64,000 bases of DNA, taken from Methanofastidiosum sp. (GTDB lineage Archaea; Methanobacteriota_B; Thermococci; Methanofastidiosales; Methanofastidiosaceae). A program made the position numbers and the translations under genes. Each line of letters opens with the position of its first letter. Positions within the stretch are counted from its first letter, which is position 1. Where the stretch lies: assembly GCA_041678455.1 (NCBI GenBank), contig JBAYOH010000001.1, positions 7,387-71,386 of the forward strand, written 5' to 3'. The notes under the pieces were generated by a model. The model searched no databases, was not told where the DNA came from, and saw only the letters and a list, made by a program, of their open reading frames with translations. Below, piece by piece: positions 27,439 to 37,134 of the stretch.

Positions 27439-28539
27439 GTGATTATGATGAAGAATAGAATCGAGCGGCTTTTTGAATATATCGCTAAAGAAAAGAAAAA
27501 TGTCGATTGTGTGCTTGTTTCAAGGTCAACTTTTCCTGACATTAACTTCTTTTATTTCAGTAACGCTTCAGGGGGCCTTTTTGACGGTTCTTTCCTAATT
27601 TTATACCCTGATGGCACCTCAAAACTTTTTACCTCGACAATGGAACAGGAAGCGGCGGAAAAATCCAAAGGCGATTTTGAGATCTATGTGTATAGCTCAA
27701 GGGATGAGAGAATAAAACTGCTTGAAGAGCATATAAAAGGGCAGAATCTAGGTCTCTCTTTTACCTCGATAACTTACTTTGAAGTTGAAAAGCTAAAGGA
27801 TACCTATAAAGGTAATCTCATAGACATAACAAAGGAGATCAATTTTACAAGGGCGATAAAGGATAAAGCAGAAATTGATAACATCAAAAAAGCTTCCGAG
27901 ATAACTTCCAAAACATTCAGTGAAGTTCCAGATATGTTAGTGGATGGGCTCACGGAGAAGGATCTCTCATTTCAGATAGAATTTCAACTTAAGAAAAATG
28001 GGGCTGAGGCGCTTTCATATGACACAATTGCAGCATTCGGCGCCAATTCATCTTTACCTCACTATGAAAGCTCAAATTCACCTTTGAAGAAAGGAGATTT
28101 TGTATTATTGGACTTTGCAGGAAGGTATAATAGATACTGCTCGGATATGACAAGAACCTTTTTCTATAGAAAAGCAAGTAGCGAGCAGAAAAAAATCTAT
28201 CAAACTGTGCTTGAGGCACAGCTTTTAGGAATTGATGAATTGAAGCCGGGAGTTATTGCAAAAGATGTGCACAATGCCGTGTCAAAATTTATCGATGGCA
28301 CAGAATTTAAAGGGAGATTTATCCATTCTTTGGGCCATGGGATAGGGCTTGAAACTCATGACACTATTGGCCTAAGTCCTATAAGCGAGTATACGATTGA
28401 AGAGAATATGGTTCTAACTATTGAGCCGGGTGTATATATCCCTGACTTTGGAGGGGTCAGGATAGAAGATACGCTAGTTGTTAGAAAAGGGAAGCCAAAA
28501 ATCCTTACAACTTTTACAAAAGAACTATTGATTATATAG
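27439..28539 (+). CDS. pepQ: M24-family Xaa-Pro aminopeptidase/dipeptidase (PepQ/PepP-like)
   Basis: 366 aa. The HSLGHGIGLETHD and DMTRTF metal-ligand motifs are typical of the M24B family. Confidence 0.8.
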   Translation: MIMMKNRIERLFEYIAKEKKNVDCVLVSRSTFPDINFFYFSNASGGLFDGSFLILYPDGTSKLFTSTMEQEAAEKSKGDFEIYVYSSRDERIKLLEEHIKGQNLGLSFTSITYFEVEKLKDTYKGNLIDITKEINFTRAIKDKAEIDNIKKASEITSKTFSEVPDMLVDGLTEKDLSFQIEFQLKKNGAEALSYDTIAAFGANSSLPHYESSNSPLKKGDFVLLDFAGRYNRYCSDMTRTFFYRKASSEQKKIYQTVLEAQLLGIDELKPGVIAKDVHNAVSKFIDGTEFKGRFIHSLGHGIGLETHDTIGLSPISEYTIEENMVLTIEPGVYIPDFGGVRIEDTLVVRKGKPKILTTFTKELLII

Positions 28540-28574
28540 GGCCGAGAAATTCTGCGTTCTTTCTTGAGAATCCA

Positions 28575-29005
28575 AGTTCTAGTATTTTGTTCTGGACTTT
28601 TTTTATGTCATATCCCACAAATCTAGATTCAAAGGCATAGTCGTCCTCGCCAAAGATAACATACTTTGCCTTGTGTATCTGCCCATAAGTTGACCAACGC
28701 TTTCTATGTTTATGATATACCTCTTCTCTCGATCAAGTGAAATGATATCTTCTGACAAAGTACGTGTCTTAACTCATTTTTGTCTAGCTAGTACTGGGCA
28801 AAGAGGTGAGTGTGGCCAATGAAGTAGACCTTCCCATCGAATTGAATAAATAGATATTTGATCTCACTTTCACTCTTATTTGTAATGTAGATCCTAACGT
28901 TCTCTTTTGGTGACGCGTGGGCAAAGCGTAATCCTCTAAAATCAATCGACTAGGAGTTTTGTGATGTAATCCTTTTTCACCCCCCATTATATCAAGCGTT
29001 ATCAC
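28575..29005 (-). pseudogene. Decayed MJ0936/YfcE-family metallophosphoesterase gene with several frameshifts and stops
   Basis: Minus-strand fragments in different frames: ..GKVYFIGHTHLFAQY* (the GHTH motif), ENVRIYITNKSE.., and YIINIESVGQLMGRY..PLNLDLWD (compare INPGSVGQPRDG..). No intact ORF spans them. Confidence 0.45.
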
Positions 29006-29037
29006 AATGCTCCGATTTGCTGTATCGCCAGATTAAA

Positions 29038-29487
29038 TTAAAATATGGTATCAATCCCAAGGGATATAATGCTTACGATTATTCCGGCGATTAGTACGCC
29101 CAATGAGATAGAAACAAAGGACCAGTTTCGGTCAAGACCCAGTAGAAAGGATAAAAAAGTTCCAGAATAAGCCCCAGTTCCAGGCAGCGGTATCGCCACG
29201 AAGATCATGAGCCCTATCAGCTCCCACTCAGTGTATTTTTTGTATCTTTTTTGAACCTTAAATTCCCAATAAAGATAAAGCCTGTCTATTATATTGATTT
29301 TTCTTATAATTGGAAATATGTGATCCAAAAGGATGAAGACGAAAGGGATTATGAGTATTCCGCCAAGAAGGCTTATCAAAAATACCTTTGTGAAGTCAAG
29401 GTTCATCAGAACTCCTGTGGGAATACTGCCTCTAAGCTCAATCCAAGGGATCATTGATATTAAAAATATGTAGAGATAGCTGTCCAT
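29038..29487 (-). CDS. Small membrane protein of the putative small multidrug export (Sm_multidrug_ex-like) family
   Basis: 149 aa, 4 TM. The PWIELRGSIP motif matches the ELRGxIP family signature. Confidence 0.5.
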   Translation of the reverse strand: MDSYLYIFLISMIPWIELRGSIPTGVLMNLDFTKVFLISLLGGILIIPFVFILLDHIFPIIRKINIIDRLYLYWEFKVQKRYKKYTEWELIGLMIFVAIPLPGTGAYSGTFLSFLLGLDRNWSFVSISLGVLIAGIIVSIISLGIDTIF

Positions 29488-29488
29488 A

Positions 29489-31384
29489 TTACTTTCCTCT
29501 TACATCACACCCACCTGGCGGAAGTGCCTGAACAATTCCATCAATGTCATCGGTCTCTAAAATCTTTGCTATTCTCTTGGCAAAAGACTCCTTCTTATGT
29601 TTGCCCGGCATTATTTTCACGTTTTTAACTGTATGCTTTTCTACCGGAACATCTGGCCCGCATATAATCTTGCCTTCAGAAGTGATGCCTATCGTCAGTT
29701 TTATTGAAACAGATTTAATGTAGTTCCTTTTACCTTTTATGGCAAAAGCACCTTTTTTCAGATATTCTCCTGACGGGGCTTCTTTTGTGACCTGTTCTGG
29801 TTTGACCCAGTATGCATCGCCACCCCCGTATCCATCTTTCCATAGAGAAGAAAAAGATACTGCAAATATTGCCACCTCTTTTAAAGTGATATCAGTTGCC
29901 TTGCTACCTTCTTTTACGATAACGTGAGGTGCACCGTAGGCGTCTGCGTGGAAATAGATATCGCTGTCTTCCATGTACTTTTTTACAATCACTTCGTTAG
30001 AAGATGAATCTCTCCCTCCAAGAACGATGTGTCCTTCGCTTGACGTAAACCACCTGAATCTCTCGTACCATTCCCTAGCTTTCTTTTCAATTGCCTTAGG
30101 CGCTTCAACTTCAAATTCTTCCTCTTCTTCTTTTAGTGTTAATAGTTTGGCCTCGGTATTATCCATGGCTATTTTTGCACCGTCGATCTTCCGCTTCATC
30201 TTTTTTGATTTTTCGTAAAATAGATTTGCATTTTCGTTGACATCTTTTTTTAGTTCTATGGGCAGAGGTGTATCAAAGTTGAATGTGATAATACCAGTCT
30301 TAAAATCAACATCAGAAATCAATTTATTTTCCGCAAGCTTTTCCTTAATCTCCTCAAGAGAGTAATTCTTCTTTGCCTGCTCTATGACTTTTATCGATTC
30401 TTCAATTATGGGATACTTTTCGTATGTTAAATCTCCCAGTATTTTGTAAAGCTCTCTCTCTTCTATGTAAGAGTTATAAAGGTCTCTTTGAGATTTTAGC
30501 ATTCTTTCAAATTTCTGGATCTTTTTCTGGTGGGTGGATAGCTCTTCCCTCAAAATCTCTTCAGATTCTCCCTTTCCGTAAACTTCATCCAGGGCTTTTG
30601 AGAAAGATTCGTATCTTACCTTTTCGTATTCGGGACCGTTATACGATGTTAAATCATAAGGAAGTATATCAACTACCTCATCATTTTTCTTTATAATCAT
30701 CGGGTCTTTTTTTAAGTTCTCTAATTGGAGCAAAGCTTCTTTTAGCTTAACAGCTTCTTCATTCGAAATGCCAATTTTTGATTTATCTACCCCGGCCAAT
30801 AGGCATGCCTCTTCGGCGTATAGTCCACCGATGTTAAGCTGCGTTGCAATCCCCTTTACTATCTCGTATTCTCTAGAGAGTTCGATTATTTCATCAATGC
30901 CTATATCAAATCCCTTTTTCTTTTCTGGGAATACATAAACCGATTTCGGGGCAAGAGTTCTATCCTTCATATATTCTCTCGATAGTATCCCGACAATCAT
31001 GTTCTCTTGATCTGCCAGCAATATATTGCCGTCCCTAAACATCTCAACGATTAAAACAAATTTTACAACTGGATTGTTTTCCTCGTAAAATCCAAAAGAA
31101 AACATTAGAATTCTATCAAAATCATACTGCTCTATCTTAAACAGCCACATCGCTTTCAGGTGTTTTCTAAGAAGCATTGCAAACCATGTTGGGTTTTTTG
31201 GTGCCGGCTTGGGATAAGATGTGACAAAAACTGCAAGTGGTGGCTTAATAACTAAATCTTCTCTTCCCCGGCCAAAAAATTTGATCCTTATCTCGTTGCC
31301 AAGCTGATAAATTTTATCAACTCGCATCTGCTCAAGGACAGAAAGTTCTTTTGAAATCTCTTTCAGGTCAAAGGTAGAGAACAT
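29489..31384 (-). CDS. NFACT-family protein (archaeal Rqc2/NEMF/FbpA homolog; DUF814)
   Basis: 631 aa. N-terminal NFACT-N, central coiled coil and C-terminal NFACT-R/DUF814 (HADAYGAPHVIV). Confidence 0.8.
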   Translation of the reverse strand: MFSTFDLKEISKELSVLEQMRVDKIYQLGNEIRIKFFGRGREDLVIKPPLAVFVTSYPKPAPKNPTWFAMLLRKHLKAMWLFKIEQYDFDRILMFSFGFYEENNPVVKFVLIVEMFRDGNILLADQENMIVGILSREYMKDRTLAPKSVYVFPEKKKGFDIGIDEIIELSREYEIVKGIATQLNIGGLYAEEACLLAGVDKSKIGISNEEAVKLKEALLQLENLKKDPMIIKKNDEVVDILPYDLTSYNGPEYEKVRYESFSKALDEVYGKGESEEILREELSTHQKKIQKFERMLKSQRDLYNSYIEERELYKILGDLTYEKYPIIEESIKVIEQAKKNYSLEEIKEKLAENKLISDVDFKTGIITFNFDTPLPIELKKDVNENANLFYEKSKKMKRKIDGAKIAMDNTEAKLLTLKEEEEEFEVEAPKAIEKKAREWYERFRWFTSSEGHIVLGGRDSSSNEVIVKKYMEDSDIYFHADAYGAPHVIVKEGSKATDITLKEVAIFAVSFSSLWKDGYGGGDAYWVKPEQVTKEAPSGEYLKKGAFAIKGKRNYIKSVSIKLTIGITSEGKIICGPDVPVEKHTVKNVKIMPGKHKKESFAKRIAKILETDDIDGIVQALPPGGCDVRGK

Positions 31385-32130
31385 AAAAGAAAATAAAATA
31401 TGAGGCTTAAAAAATTACTCCTATTTATTCTCTAAAAAGACCAAAATTGCCTCAAGAGTTGGTTCTGACTCCGCGAAATTGACAAAATTAGATACGTCTT
31501 CCAAGACTTTTTTCCCTCTCTCCATTGTCTCTTTGGACACCATTGTGAAAAACGGGATATTCTGAAGTCTACACCCATAAAACAGATCGTTTGGAGTTAT
31601 CTTTTGATATTTCAATGGCAGGAACTTGTGGGGATATCCAACAACTACGCACAGTTGTCAGTTTAATATCTTTGAATCTGTACCTTCCAGATGTCCTATT
31701 CTTCTTCTCACATTCCTCCTTAACCTATTAATCCCATTATAAACAATATTGATTTTTCATTTGTATATTTAATAACCATGTAATCCTATTGCCCCCTAAT
31801 TTATATTTGTTTATAGATATTTGATTAATCTAGGCCATAACCCCAGTATGGTATTTTTATTTGACTATAATGAGGGTATTGGGCCAGAGGTACTTTATAA
31901 TTTAGAAAAGTAGAATTTTACTTGAATATGACCATTATAGGACAAAAATAGGTAATTAAGTAGATAAATTAACAGTAATATTTTTAAATCATTTGAAATC
32001 AAATTAATATAGATATTATGGAGCCCATAAGTATGAAAACTTCTTTTAATAATACGACGGGATTTTAATTTTATTCATAGGTTCCTAATCTGAAGTAAAT
32101 TTATGATTTTACTTGTATTCTAGGGCGGAG

Positions 32131-33783
32131 ATTATTATGTCAAAGGTCAAAATAACAGATACAACATTGAGGGATGCTCATCAGTCACTGATAGCCACAA
32201 GGCTTGAAACTGAAGATATGCTAGAGATAGTTGAAGAAATGGATAAGGTGGGGTACCATTCATTTGAGATGTGGGGCGGGGCAACTTTTGATTCTGCCCT
32301 AAGGTATCTAAATGAAGATCCTTGGGAAAGAATTACAAAGCTAAAGGAAATTGCTCCTAAAACACCCTTTCAAATGCTCTTAAGAGGACAAAATCTTGTT
32401 GGGTACAAGCATTACCCTGATGACATTGTCCATAAATTTGTTGAGACGTCTTTTACAAGAGGCATTGATATCTTTAGGATCTTTGACGCCCTAAATGACG
32501 TTAGGAACATGGAGGTTCCAATTGAGGCCATTAAAAAGGTAGGCGGACACGCCCAAGCTGCTCTAAGCTATACAGTTAGCCCGGTCCACACAATTGATTA
32601 TTACATCAAAGTTGCCGAAGAAATGGTTGCCTTAGATATTAACTCTATTTGCATAAAAGATATGGCAGGCCTGATTAATCCAATGGATGCCGTAAATCTT
32701 GTCAAATCGCTTAAAGAAAATTTTGATCTTCCAGTATGTTTGCATTCACACTGCACAAGTGGGATGGCGCCAACAAGCTACTTCAAAGCAATTGAAGCAG
32801 GTGTCGACATAATAGATACAGCAATGGGCCCTTTTTCATTTGGGACAAGCCAGCCTGGTGTAGAAACTATGTATGCTATGCTTAAAAATACCCAATACAA
32901 ATCAGACATAGATATAGAAAGAGTCTATAAGATTTCCAATTACTTCAAAAAATTATTGGATAAATACAAAGGGCTCCTCAGTGAAGCTTCAGTCGCAGTT
33001 AATACTCAAATTCTTCATTTCCAGATACCAGGGGGTATGATGTCAAATCTTGTGTCCCAGCTTAAGGAGCAAAATGTGGGAGACAGACTTGACGAAATAC
33101 TTCTTGAAGTTCCAAGGGTAAGGAAAGAATTAGGATACCCTCCCTTAGTTACTCCTCTTAGCCAGATCGTTGGCGCCCAAGCTACCTTGAATGTTCTTTC
33201 CGGTGAGAGATACAAACTGATTCCAAATGAAGTTAAGAACTATGTTAAGGGGCTTTACGGCAAGCCCGCTGCACCTATTGACAAAGATATTCAGAAAATT
33301 ATAATTGGCGACGAAAAAGTTTCTTATGAAAAATCGCCTGATTTAAAGAATCCTTCTTACCAGAAATTTAAAGATGAGGTAAAGGATAAAATTGAAAAGG
33401 AAGAAGACATACTTTCTTATGCACTTTTCCCAGAGATTGCACTTGCTTTCTTTGAGAAAAGAAAAAATCATGTAGCTAAATCAAAAGTTGAACACAAAGA
33501 AATAGAAAAAGCAGCACCTAAAGAGATAACAAAAACTCAGCCAGTGAAACAGCAGCCACAAACTAATGGAGGCGTCTCTTTGAAGGCCCCTCTGCCAGGA
33601 GCTATCCTAAAAATAGTTGGAGAGATAGGAAAGCCTGTCAAAAAAAATTCGGTCATTTTTATCATATCTGCAATGAAGATGGAGAATGAGGTCGTGTCTC
33701 CCACTTCTGGAGTCCTAGAAAAAGTCTATGTAAAAGAAGGTGACGTTGTACGAACAGGCGACATTCTAGCAACTATAGCATAG
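32131..33783 (+). CDS. pycB: Pyruvate carboxylase subunit B / oxaloacetate decarboxylase alpha-type carboxyltransferase with a C-terminal biotinyl domain
   Basis: Motifs TTLRDAHQS, HCHSGMAPT-like HSHCTSGMAPTS, and biotin attachment SAMKMEN. Start set at ATG 32131 (GGAG 6 nt upstream) rather than the track TTG at 32113. Confidence 0.9.
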   Translation: MIMSKVKITDTTLRDAHQSLIATRLETEDMLEIVEEMDKVGYHSFEMWGGATFDSALRYLNEDPWERITKLKEIAPKTPFQMLLRGQNLVGYKHYPDDIVHKFVETSFTRGIDIFRIFDALNDVRNMEVPIEAIKKVGGHAQAALSYTVSPVHTIDYYIKVAEEMVALDINSICIKDMAGLINPMDAVNLVKSLKENFDLPVCLHSHCTSGMAPTSYFKAIEAGVDIIDTAMGPFSFGTSQPGVETMYAMLKNTQYKSDIDIERVYKISNYFKKLLDKYKGLLSEASVAVNTQILHFQIPGGMMSNLVSQLKEQNVGDRLDEILLEVPRVRKELGYPPLVTPLSQIVGAQATLNVLSGERYKLIPNEVKNYVKGLYGKPAAPIDKDIQKIIIGDEKVSYEKSPDLKNPSYQKFKDEVKDKIEKEEDILSYALFPEIALAFFEKRKNHVAKSKVEHKEIEKAAPKEITKTQPVKQQPQTNGGVSLKAPLPGAILKIVGEIGKPVKKNSVIFIISAMKMENEVVSPTSGVLEKVYVKEGDVVRTGDILATIA

Positions 33784-33931
33784 AATTATTTTATTTTATA
33801 CTTTTCTTATAGTATATATTTTTACTCAAGTTACGAGGGTATATTTAAAATAGCCAAATATCTTAAAAACAGCAAACAACTACTATATTTGGAAATTAAA
33901 TAACGACTAAATATTTAAGAGAGTGAAGTAG

Positions 33932-34681
33932 CTGATAGACGAGATAAGAATAATCCCTGTTTTAGACGTACCACTAATAAAAGAAAAAGACGACCTTGCG
34001 AAGATTATTTCTGAAAGGATTAAACTAGAGGATAGCGATATTGTTGTCATTTGTGAAACTGTCATTTCTAAGGCACAAGGGAGAGTTGTAGATATCAAGG
34101 AAATAAAGCCCTGTAATCGAGCTATAGAGCTCAGCAGAAAAACTGGAAAAGACCCAAGACTTGTACAACTTATCCTAGATGAATCAAAGGAAGTGTTGAA
34201 AGTTGGAGACAGCGTTATTGTAGTTGAAACAAAAGATGGAAATATATGCGCAAGCGCTGGCATAGATGTTTCAAATGTCTGTGGCGACGAATCATTTGTT
34301 GGGCTTCTGCCAAAAGATCCAGATCAGGAAGCAGGAAAAATTAGAGTTTCATTAAGAAAAATCACAGGAAAAGAAGTGGCCGTAATTATATCGGATACAC
34401 AAGGAAGGCCTTTTAGAAGTGGTGCTATTGGAGTTGCAATTGGAGTTTCAGGTATGGAGCCTTTGTGGAAAAGGGCTGGAGAAAAAGATCTTTATGGGTA
34501 TGAGTTAAAATCCTCCATAATAGCAACTGCAGACGAAGCAGCTTCTACGGCATCACTTCTTATGGGTCAAGCAAACGAGGGGATCCCTGTTGTAGTTATT
34601 AGAGGCGCAAGATATCTAAAAGGTGAAGGCTCTTCAAAAGAGCTTTTGAGGGAAAAAGAAAAGGATCTATTTCGGATCTAA
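33932..34681 (+). CDS. cofE: Coenzyme F420-0:gamma-glutamyl ligase family protein (CofE-like). The homologous N-terminus (LIDEIRIIPVLDVPLIKEKDDLAKII...) extends 87 codons upstream of the track GTG at 34193 and begins at CTG 33932, directly after an in-frame TAG (GTG-AAG-TAG-CTG).
   Basis: CofE motifs ASAGIDVSN, ISDTQGRPFRSG and VVVIRG; the frame was verified codon by codon. No ATG/GTG/TTG exists between the TAG and 34193. GAGAGTGA lies 6 nt upstream of the CTG. Confidence 0.7.
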   Translation: MIDEIRIIPVLDVPLIKEKDDLAKIISERIKLEDSDIVVICETVISKAQGRVVDIKEIKPCNRAIELSRKTGKDPRLVQLILDESKEVLKVGDSVIVVETKDGNICASAGIDVSNVCGDESFVGLLPKDPDQEAGKIRVSLRKITGKEVAVIISDTQGRPFRSGAIGVAIGVSGMEPLWKRAGEKDLYGYELKSSIIATADEAASTASLLMGQANEGIPVVVIRGARYLKGEGSSKELLREKEKDLFRI

Positions 34682-34929
34682 TAGAGGATATTGATTGGTC
34701 CTTTTTTTATTTTGCCTTCTGGAAAACTGATTTTGATTAATTTTTCCTCAGCTTTTATCTTGTAGCCTTTTGGAAAAGTGATATATCTCATCCCAGCTAA
34801 GCCTTGCAAGTTGTCAGTTTTTATCATCAATCCTTCAATGTTTCTCTCAAGGAAGCTAATAACTTTTGGGTCAATTTCTTTTACGATAAAGACTTCTCCT
34901 TCATTAAGTACTGATAAAACTGTTGCCAT
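34678..34929 (-). CDS. FeoA-like small SH3-like domain protein
   Basis: 83 aa. L..L..GE...I..I......L...G...G..I pattern. Sits immediately downstream of the znuB-like permease. Confidence 0.45.
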   Translation of the reverse strand: MATVLSVLNEGEVFIVKEIDPKVISFLERNIEGLMIKTDNLQGLAGMRYITFPKGYKIKAEEKLIKISFPEGKIKKGPINILY

Positions 34930-34973
34930 ACCATGACTTTATATTCTCAAGTATAAATATCTTTGCTAATAGT

Positions 34974-35789
34974 TTAACTTTTTCTTCTTTTTGGAGAGAT
35001 AAGAACTGAAATTCCAAATATTGCCGAACACACTATAGCAATTGATGAGCCTGTCGGCAAATCAAAGGAAAATGACATCAGCATTCCTAAAAGACACGAT
35101 ATTACCCCTACAATAGGCGAGAAGAGTATTATCTTCTTCATGTCATAAGAAAACTGATATACTGAAGACGTAGGATTTATCATTAGAGCAAATACCAATA
35201 GCCCCCCGACTAGTTTTAATGAAAATGCTACGGTTAAGCTTGTTAAAATAAGAATCAGATAATAAAAGGGCTTATCGTTTATTCCTGAAGACCTTGCAAG
35301 TTTTCTGTCAAATAAAATGGCATTAATCTCCTTAAAGAACATTATTACAAATAATATTGCAATCACTGTTATGATTAACAGATAAATTATGTCGGCTGTT
35401 GTCATGCCCAACACACTCCCCCAAAGTATACTCATGGCTGTACTTGACATGGCCGTGTCTGGAGATAGATTTAGGAACAATAAACCCAATGCCATTGATA
35501 AGGAGAATATTACCCCAATTACAACGTCCGTCTTTAACTTTGCTGTATCAGCCAAAGGTCCTAGAGCCAGAGAAACAAAAGTAGAAAATAAGAGTGCAAA
35601 AATTAAAGGATCCTTTCTTAAAAATAAACCAAGAGCGGCACCTGCAAATGCTGCATGGGACATGGCAAACCCCAGTGACGAGAGATTCATCCTAACGACA
35701 AATGTGCCCATCAGAGAGCAGGTGTAACCAGTTAGAACTGCACCTATAACGGCAAAGAGGATTATTTTTGTAGAAAAGAAATCTAACAT
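34974..35789 (-). CDS. znuB: ABC-3 family metal (Zn/Mn) transporter permease
   Basis: 271 aa, 8-9 TM; ABC-3 family features. Confidence 0.8.
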   Translation of the reverse strand: MLDFFSTKIILFAVIGAVLTGYTCSLMGTFVVRMNLSSLGFAMSHAAFAGAALGLFLRKDPLIFALLFSTFVSLALGPLADTAKLKTDVVIGVIFSLSMALGLLFLNLSPDTAMSSTAMSILWGSVLGMTTADIIYLLIITVIAILFVIMFFKEINAILFDRKLARSSGINDKPFYYLILILTSLTVAFSLKLVGGLLVFALMINPTSSVYQFSYDMKKIILFSPIVGVISCLLGMLMSFSFDLPTGSSIAIVCSAIFGISVLISPKRRKS

Positions 35790-36523
35790 ACCATCCCTTT
35801 GTATCCCATCTCAAGAAGCTCAGGTTTTAAGATATCCTCTTTATTGCCGTCAGCAACAATCCTCCCATTGTCCATGACTATTACTCTATTACATGATTTT
35901 GGGATAGATGCTATATCATGAATAACAATCACAAATGTCATGCCTTTGCTTTTATGGAAATGGATAAGTTTTTCTGAAACTTCTCTCCTTGCTTCAAAGT
36001 CAAGATTTGAAAAAGGTTCGTCCATTAGTATAATCTCTGGTTCCATTGCAAGGGCTCTAGCAATCATTACTTTCTGTGCTTGGCCACCTGAAAGTTTTCC
36101 TATGGGCTTTTTTGAAATGCTATTGATCCCCATATAATCCATCATGTTGCTTGCAATTTCTTTATCCTTTTTTGTTATTGGTTTCAATAGGCCAATCTTT
36201 CCATATCTCCCCATTAAAACAACATCTGAAACTAGAAATGGAGTTAGCTCGTCAATAGAATAATCCTGAGGAACGTAGCCAACATATTTTCTTATACTGT
36301 TCCCATCCCTTCTCAAAGCTTTTCCTAGTACTTTGACCTCGCCCCTGTTGGGTTCAAGGAGCCCGTTTATGGTTTCAAGTAGGGTTGTTTTGCCAGCGCC
36401 ATTTGGGCCAATCACAGCTATGAATTCGCCTTTGTTTATATTAAGCGTGATATTCTTTAAACAAGGAATTTTTTCTCCTTCGTATGTTGTATCTACTGCA
36501 TTTAGCTCTATCACTTTGTCCAT
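35783..36523 (-). CDS. znuC: Metal ABC transporter ATP-binding protein
   Basis: 246 aa. Walker A GPNGAGKTT, LSGGQAQKV signature, Walker B ILMDEP. Confidence 0.9.
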   Translation of the reverse strand: MDKVIELNAVDTTYEGEKIPCLKNITLNINKGEFIAVIGPNGAGKTTLLETINGLLEPNRGEVKVLGKALRRDGNSIRKYVGYVPQDYSIDELTPFLVSDVVLMGRYGKIGLLKPITKKDKEIASNMMDYMGINSISKKPIGKLSGGQAQKVMIARALAMEPEIILMDEPFSNLDFEARREVSEKLIHFHKSKGMTFVIVIHDIASIPKSCNRVIVMDNGRIVADGNKEDILKPELLEMGYKGMVC

Positions 36524-36954
36524 TTTTGAACCTCAAAAAGTTCAGTATAACCTTTACCCATAATCTCTTTGGCAAGCATTTCAAGGTCATCATGCCCAAC
36601 TTGATGTCTAATCTTATCTAATACCTCTTCTTTGGGGATAATAGCAATGCCTTCAGTGCCTTTATAAAAAACAATCTTTATCGGTGAACCATCTGACACT
36701 TTTAGATTAGCCTTACCAGTTGTTGCACCTGATGTGAATTGTATCCCATCAATTGTGCATGATAGAGGGGGTTTTAGCGGCATTGTAATCTCAGCAGAAA
36801 TCTCAAATGGAGAGCTACTAAGGGTCTTTTTTGCGTAAATGCCAATTTTAGCACCAAGTACCAGATAAGGCCCAAGATGCCCATGAAACTCAGAAAGTCT
36901 TTTAGATAAATCTTCTGGGGATATGTTATCAAAATCAATCGTTGTTACTTTCAT
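36511..36954 (-). CDS. FmdE/FwdE-family domain protein, often a metal-transport-associated accessory
   Basis: The FHGHLGPYLVLGAKIG motif resembles the FmdE HGHxCPGxxxG signature. Start placed at ATG 36954 (MKVTTIDF; GGTGG SD) rather than the track GTG at 36990. Confidence 0.6.
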   Translation of the reverse strand: MKVTTIDFDNISPEDLSKRLSEFHGHLGPYLVLGAKIGIYAKKTLSSSPFEISAEITMPLKPPLSCTIDGIQFTSGATTGKANLKVSDGSPIKIVFYKGTEGIAIIPKEEVLDKIRHQVGHDDLEMLAKEIMGKGYTELFEVQKWTK

Positions 36955-37134
36955 TTTGCCACCATAGCACCAATGGTGATTTCGTAACACTGTTTATAAA
37001 AGTTTTCATTTATGTGGATTTTGGCTTATTAAATCCCCAAAAGAAATTGAAAATCAAGACCTTTCAAAATCCTTTGGAATCTAAAACAGTTTAAGAATAC
37101 AATGCAACATGTCGTAGAGCCGTCTTACAAGTAA

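Noticed and set aside
31421-31615. 64-aa minus-strand ORF (TTG start) downstream of the NFACT gene
   Set aside because: No start-codon context and no family match. It could be a small real gene, but the evidence is insufficient to call.
33907-34263. 118-aa minus-strand ORF
   Set aside because: Antisense to the CofE-family frame, which has strong motif support; Ser/Thr-rich low-complexity product.
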